From: Patescibacteria group bacterium
GTDB taxonomy: Bacteria; Patescibacteriota; Minisyncoccia; Phycocordibacterales; JAKFXT01
Assembly: GCA_021731245.1 (NCBI GenBank)
Contig: JAKFXT010000002.1
Coordinates: 24,164 to 88,163 of the forward strand
Length of the DNA: 64,000 nucleotides
Direction of reading: 5' to 3'
The notes under the pieces were generated by a model. That model saw only the letters and a program-made list of their open reading frames with translations. It searched no databases and was not told the DNA's origin. The translations under genes were made by a program, and so were the position numbers. This document shows positions 62,876 to 64,000 of this stretch, in pieces (within the stretch, counting starts at the first letter, position 1; the number at the start of each line of letters is the position of its first letter).

Positions 62876-62913
62876 TCTCCTTAGGTGATGTGCTTACTAA
62901 TAAAAAATTTAGC

Positions 62914-63357
62914 TTACATTCTTTCTATAGTCAATTTAAACTTCCCTTCCCTATTATTTATCTTTATTTTTATTGAATGTTCCCCAACGATTTTTATAGG
63001 TTCATCTAAAACAATAGCTCCATCTGGTAACTCCAACCGAGTTTGCTTTTTAAGAGCCTCAGCTATTTCTTTACTATGAATCTTGGCATATAAATGACCT
63101 TCTTCATTCGCCTTTCCTTTTATAGTAACGACAGTATTTTTAATCGTTTCAAAATTACTATTAAGTAACTCTTCCTGTATTTTCAAATGAGCAGAGTGTT
63201 CGGCCTGTTTCTCCTTAACGCGAGCGAGAGCTTCGGGGGTGGCTGTCTCCACCAATTTCTTAGGTATTAAAAAGTTAATAGCATGTCCAGAAGACACCTC
63301 TTTAACTTCGTATTTCTTTCCAAGTTTTGGAACATCTTTAAGTAAAATTACTTTCAT
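62914..63357 (-). CDS. rplI: 50S ribosomal protein L9
   Basis: MKVILLKDVPKLG...V..GHA.NFLIPK, G.LY..I, PIK.VGEH. Confidence 0.96.
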   Translation of the reverse strand: MKVILLKDVPKLGKKYEVKEVSSGHAINFLIPKKLVETATPEALARVKEKQAEHSAHLKIQEELLNSNFETIKNTVVTIKGKANEEGHLYAKIHSKEIAEALKKQTRLELPDGAIVLDEPIKIVGEHSIKIKINNREGKFKLTIERM

Positions 63358-63369
63358 ATATTTATTTCA

Positions 63370-63999
63370 TTATTGCATTTTTACCGTAATTTGCGGAGTA
63401 TTTAAAATCCAATCACCTGAACTTGTAGCGTTCTCTTTTCTCAATATTTCCGCCGCCTTTTCTAATTGAATGTCTCCCTCTTTTGCATATTGGTCTTGCG
63501 TCATCTTAACCTCAATGTCTGGCACAATACCTTGTTTTGAAATAGAGACGCCGTTTGGGGTGAGCCAGCGAGCAATAGTAACCTTAAGAGATGTCTTGTC
63601 CGAAATTTGTATTAATTCTTGCACAGACCCTTTACCAAAAGTTTTTTCTCCAATAATTCTCGCTTTTCCATGATCACGCAGTGCTCCAGCCAAAATTTCT
63701 GATGCTGAAGCAGATCCACCGTTTACCAAAATAAGCATTTTCAATTTGTCATTAAAAATATTATAGCCACTACTTCTGTGAGTTTTCTCATTCTTAGCGT
63801 CGCCTGAATCTTCTCTGACCACTATTTTTCCAGGAGCGAGAAACCAGCTAGCAATATCCACAGCAGATTCCAAATATCCCCCTGGATTATTTCTTAAATC
63901 TAAAATTAATTTGTCACTACCTGAATCCACAAAAGCACGGAGTGCTTCTCTAAATTTACCGAAAGAAATTTCAGAAAAATTATATAATTTAATTACATA
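63370..63999 (-). CDS. S41 family C-terminal processing peptidase, 5'-partial
   Basis: LDLRNNPGG, SASASEI, TFGKGSVQ, GIVPD; frame open to the window edge. Confidence 0.95.
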   Translation of the reverse strand, partial: YVIKLYNFSEISFGKFREALRAFVDSGSDKLILDLRNNPGGYLESAVDIASWFLAPGKIVVREDSGDAKNEKTHRSSGYNIFNDKLKMLILVNGGSASASEILAGALRDHGKARIIGEKTFGKGSVQELIQISDKTSLKVTIARWLTPNGVSISKQGIVPDIEVKMTQDQYAKEGDIQLEKAAEILRKENATSSGDWILNTPQITVKMQ

Positions 64000-64000
64000 T

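Noticed and set aside
63914-63921. TCACTACC resembling the element's right arm
   Set aside because: Inside the S41 coding sequence with no partner arm or flanking duplication.

Overview
AT-rich bacterial chromosome segment with the hallmarks of Patescibacteria/CPR (probably Parcubacteria): short ATP synthase epsilon, AlaRS without C-Ala, archaeal-type AspRS, a NUDIX insertion in LeuRS, and -10 boxes sitting directly before start codons. Positions ~4-51 kb are mostly core genes on the + strand: atpBEFHAGDC, ychF, leuS, mltG, mnmA, alaS, infA-rpmJ-rpsMKD-rpoA-rplQ-rplM-rpsI, grpE-dnaK-dnaJ, trpS, aspS, scpAB, mraY-ftsW-murG, gltX. Positions ~51-62 kb are an accessory zone of small orphan genes. 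The most striking signal is a family of hairpin elements inserted exactly at start codons. Three ~137-bp non-coding copies precede atpB, atpF and atpA, and a 320-bp copy carrying a small GIY-YIG nuclease precedes a DEDDh exonuclease gene. All four share CC(C/T)GTAGTAGAA...TTTCACTAC(N)GG ends with conserved mismatches, and each is flanked by a duplication of the ATG-containing sequence. Other signals: a ~300-nt structured non-coding region upstream of the atp operon, a repeated junction motif between orphan genes at 52-55 kb, a gene array joined by a repeated stop/start sequence at 56.6-58 kb, and a long hairpin in the dnaK leader. Product calls come from recognising motifs by eye; no database searches were run.
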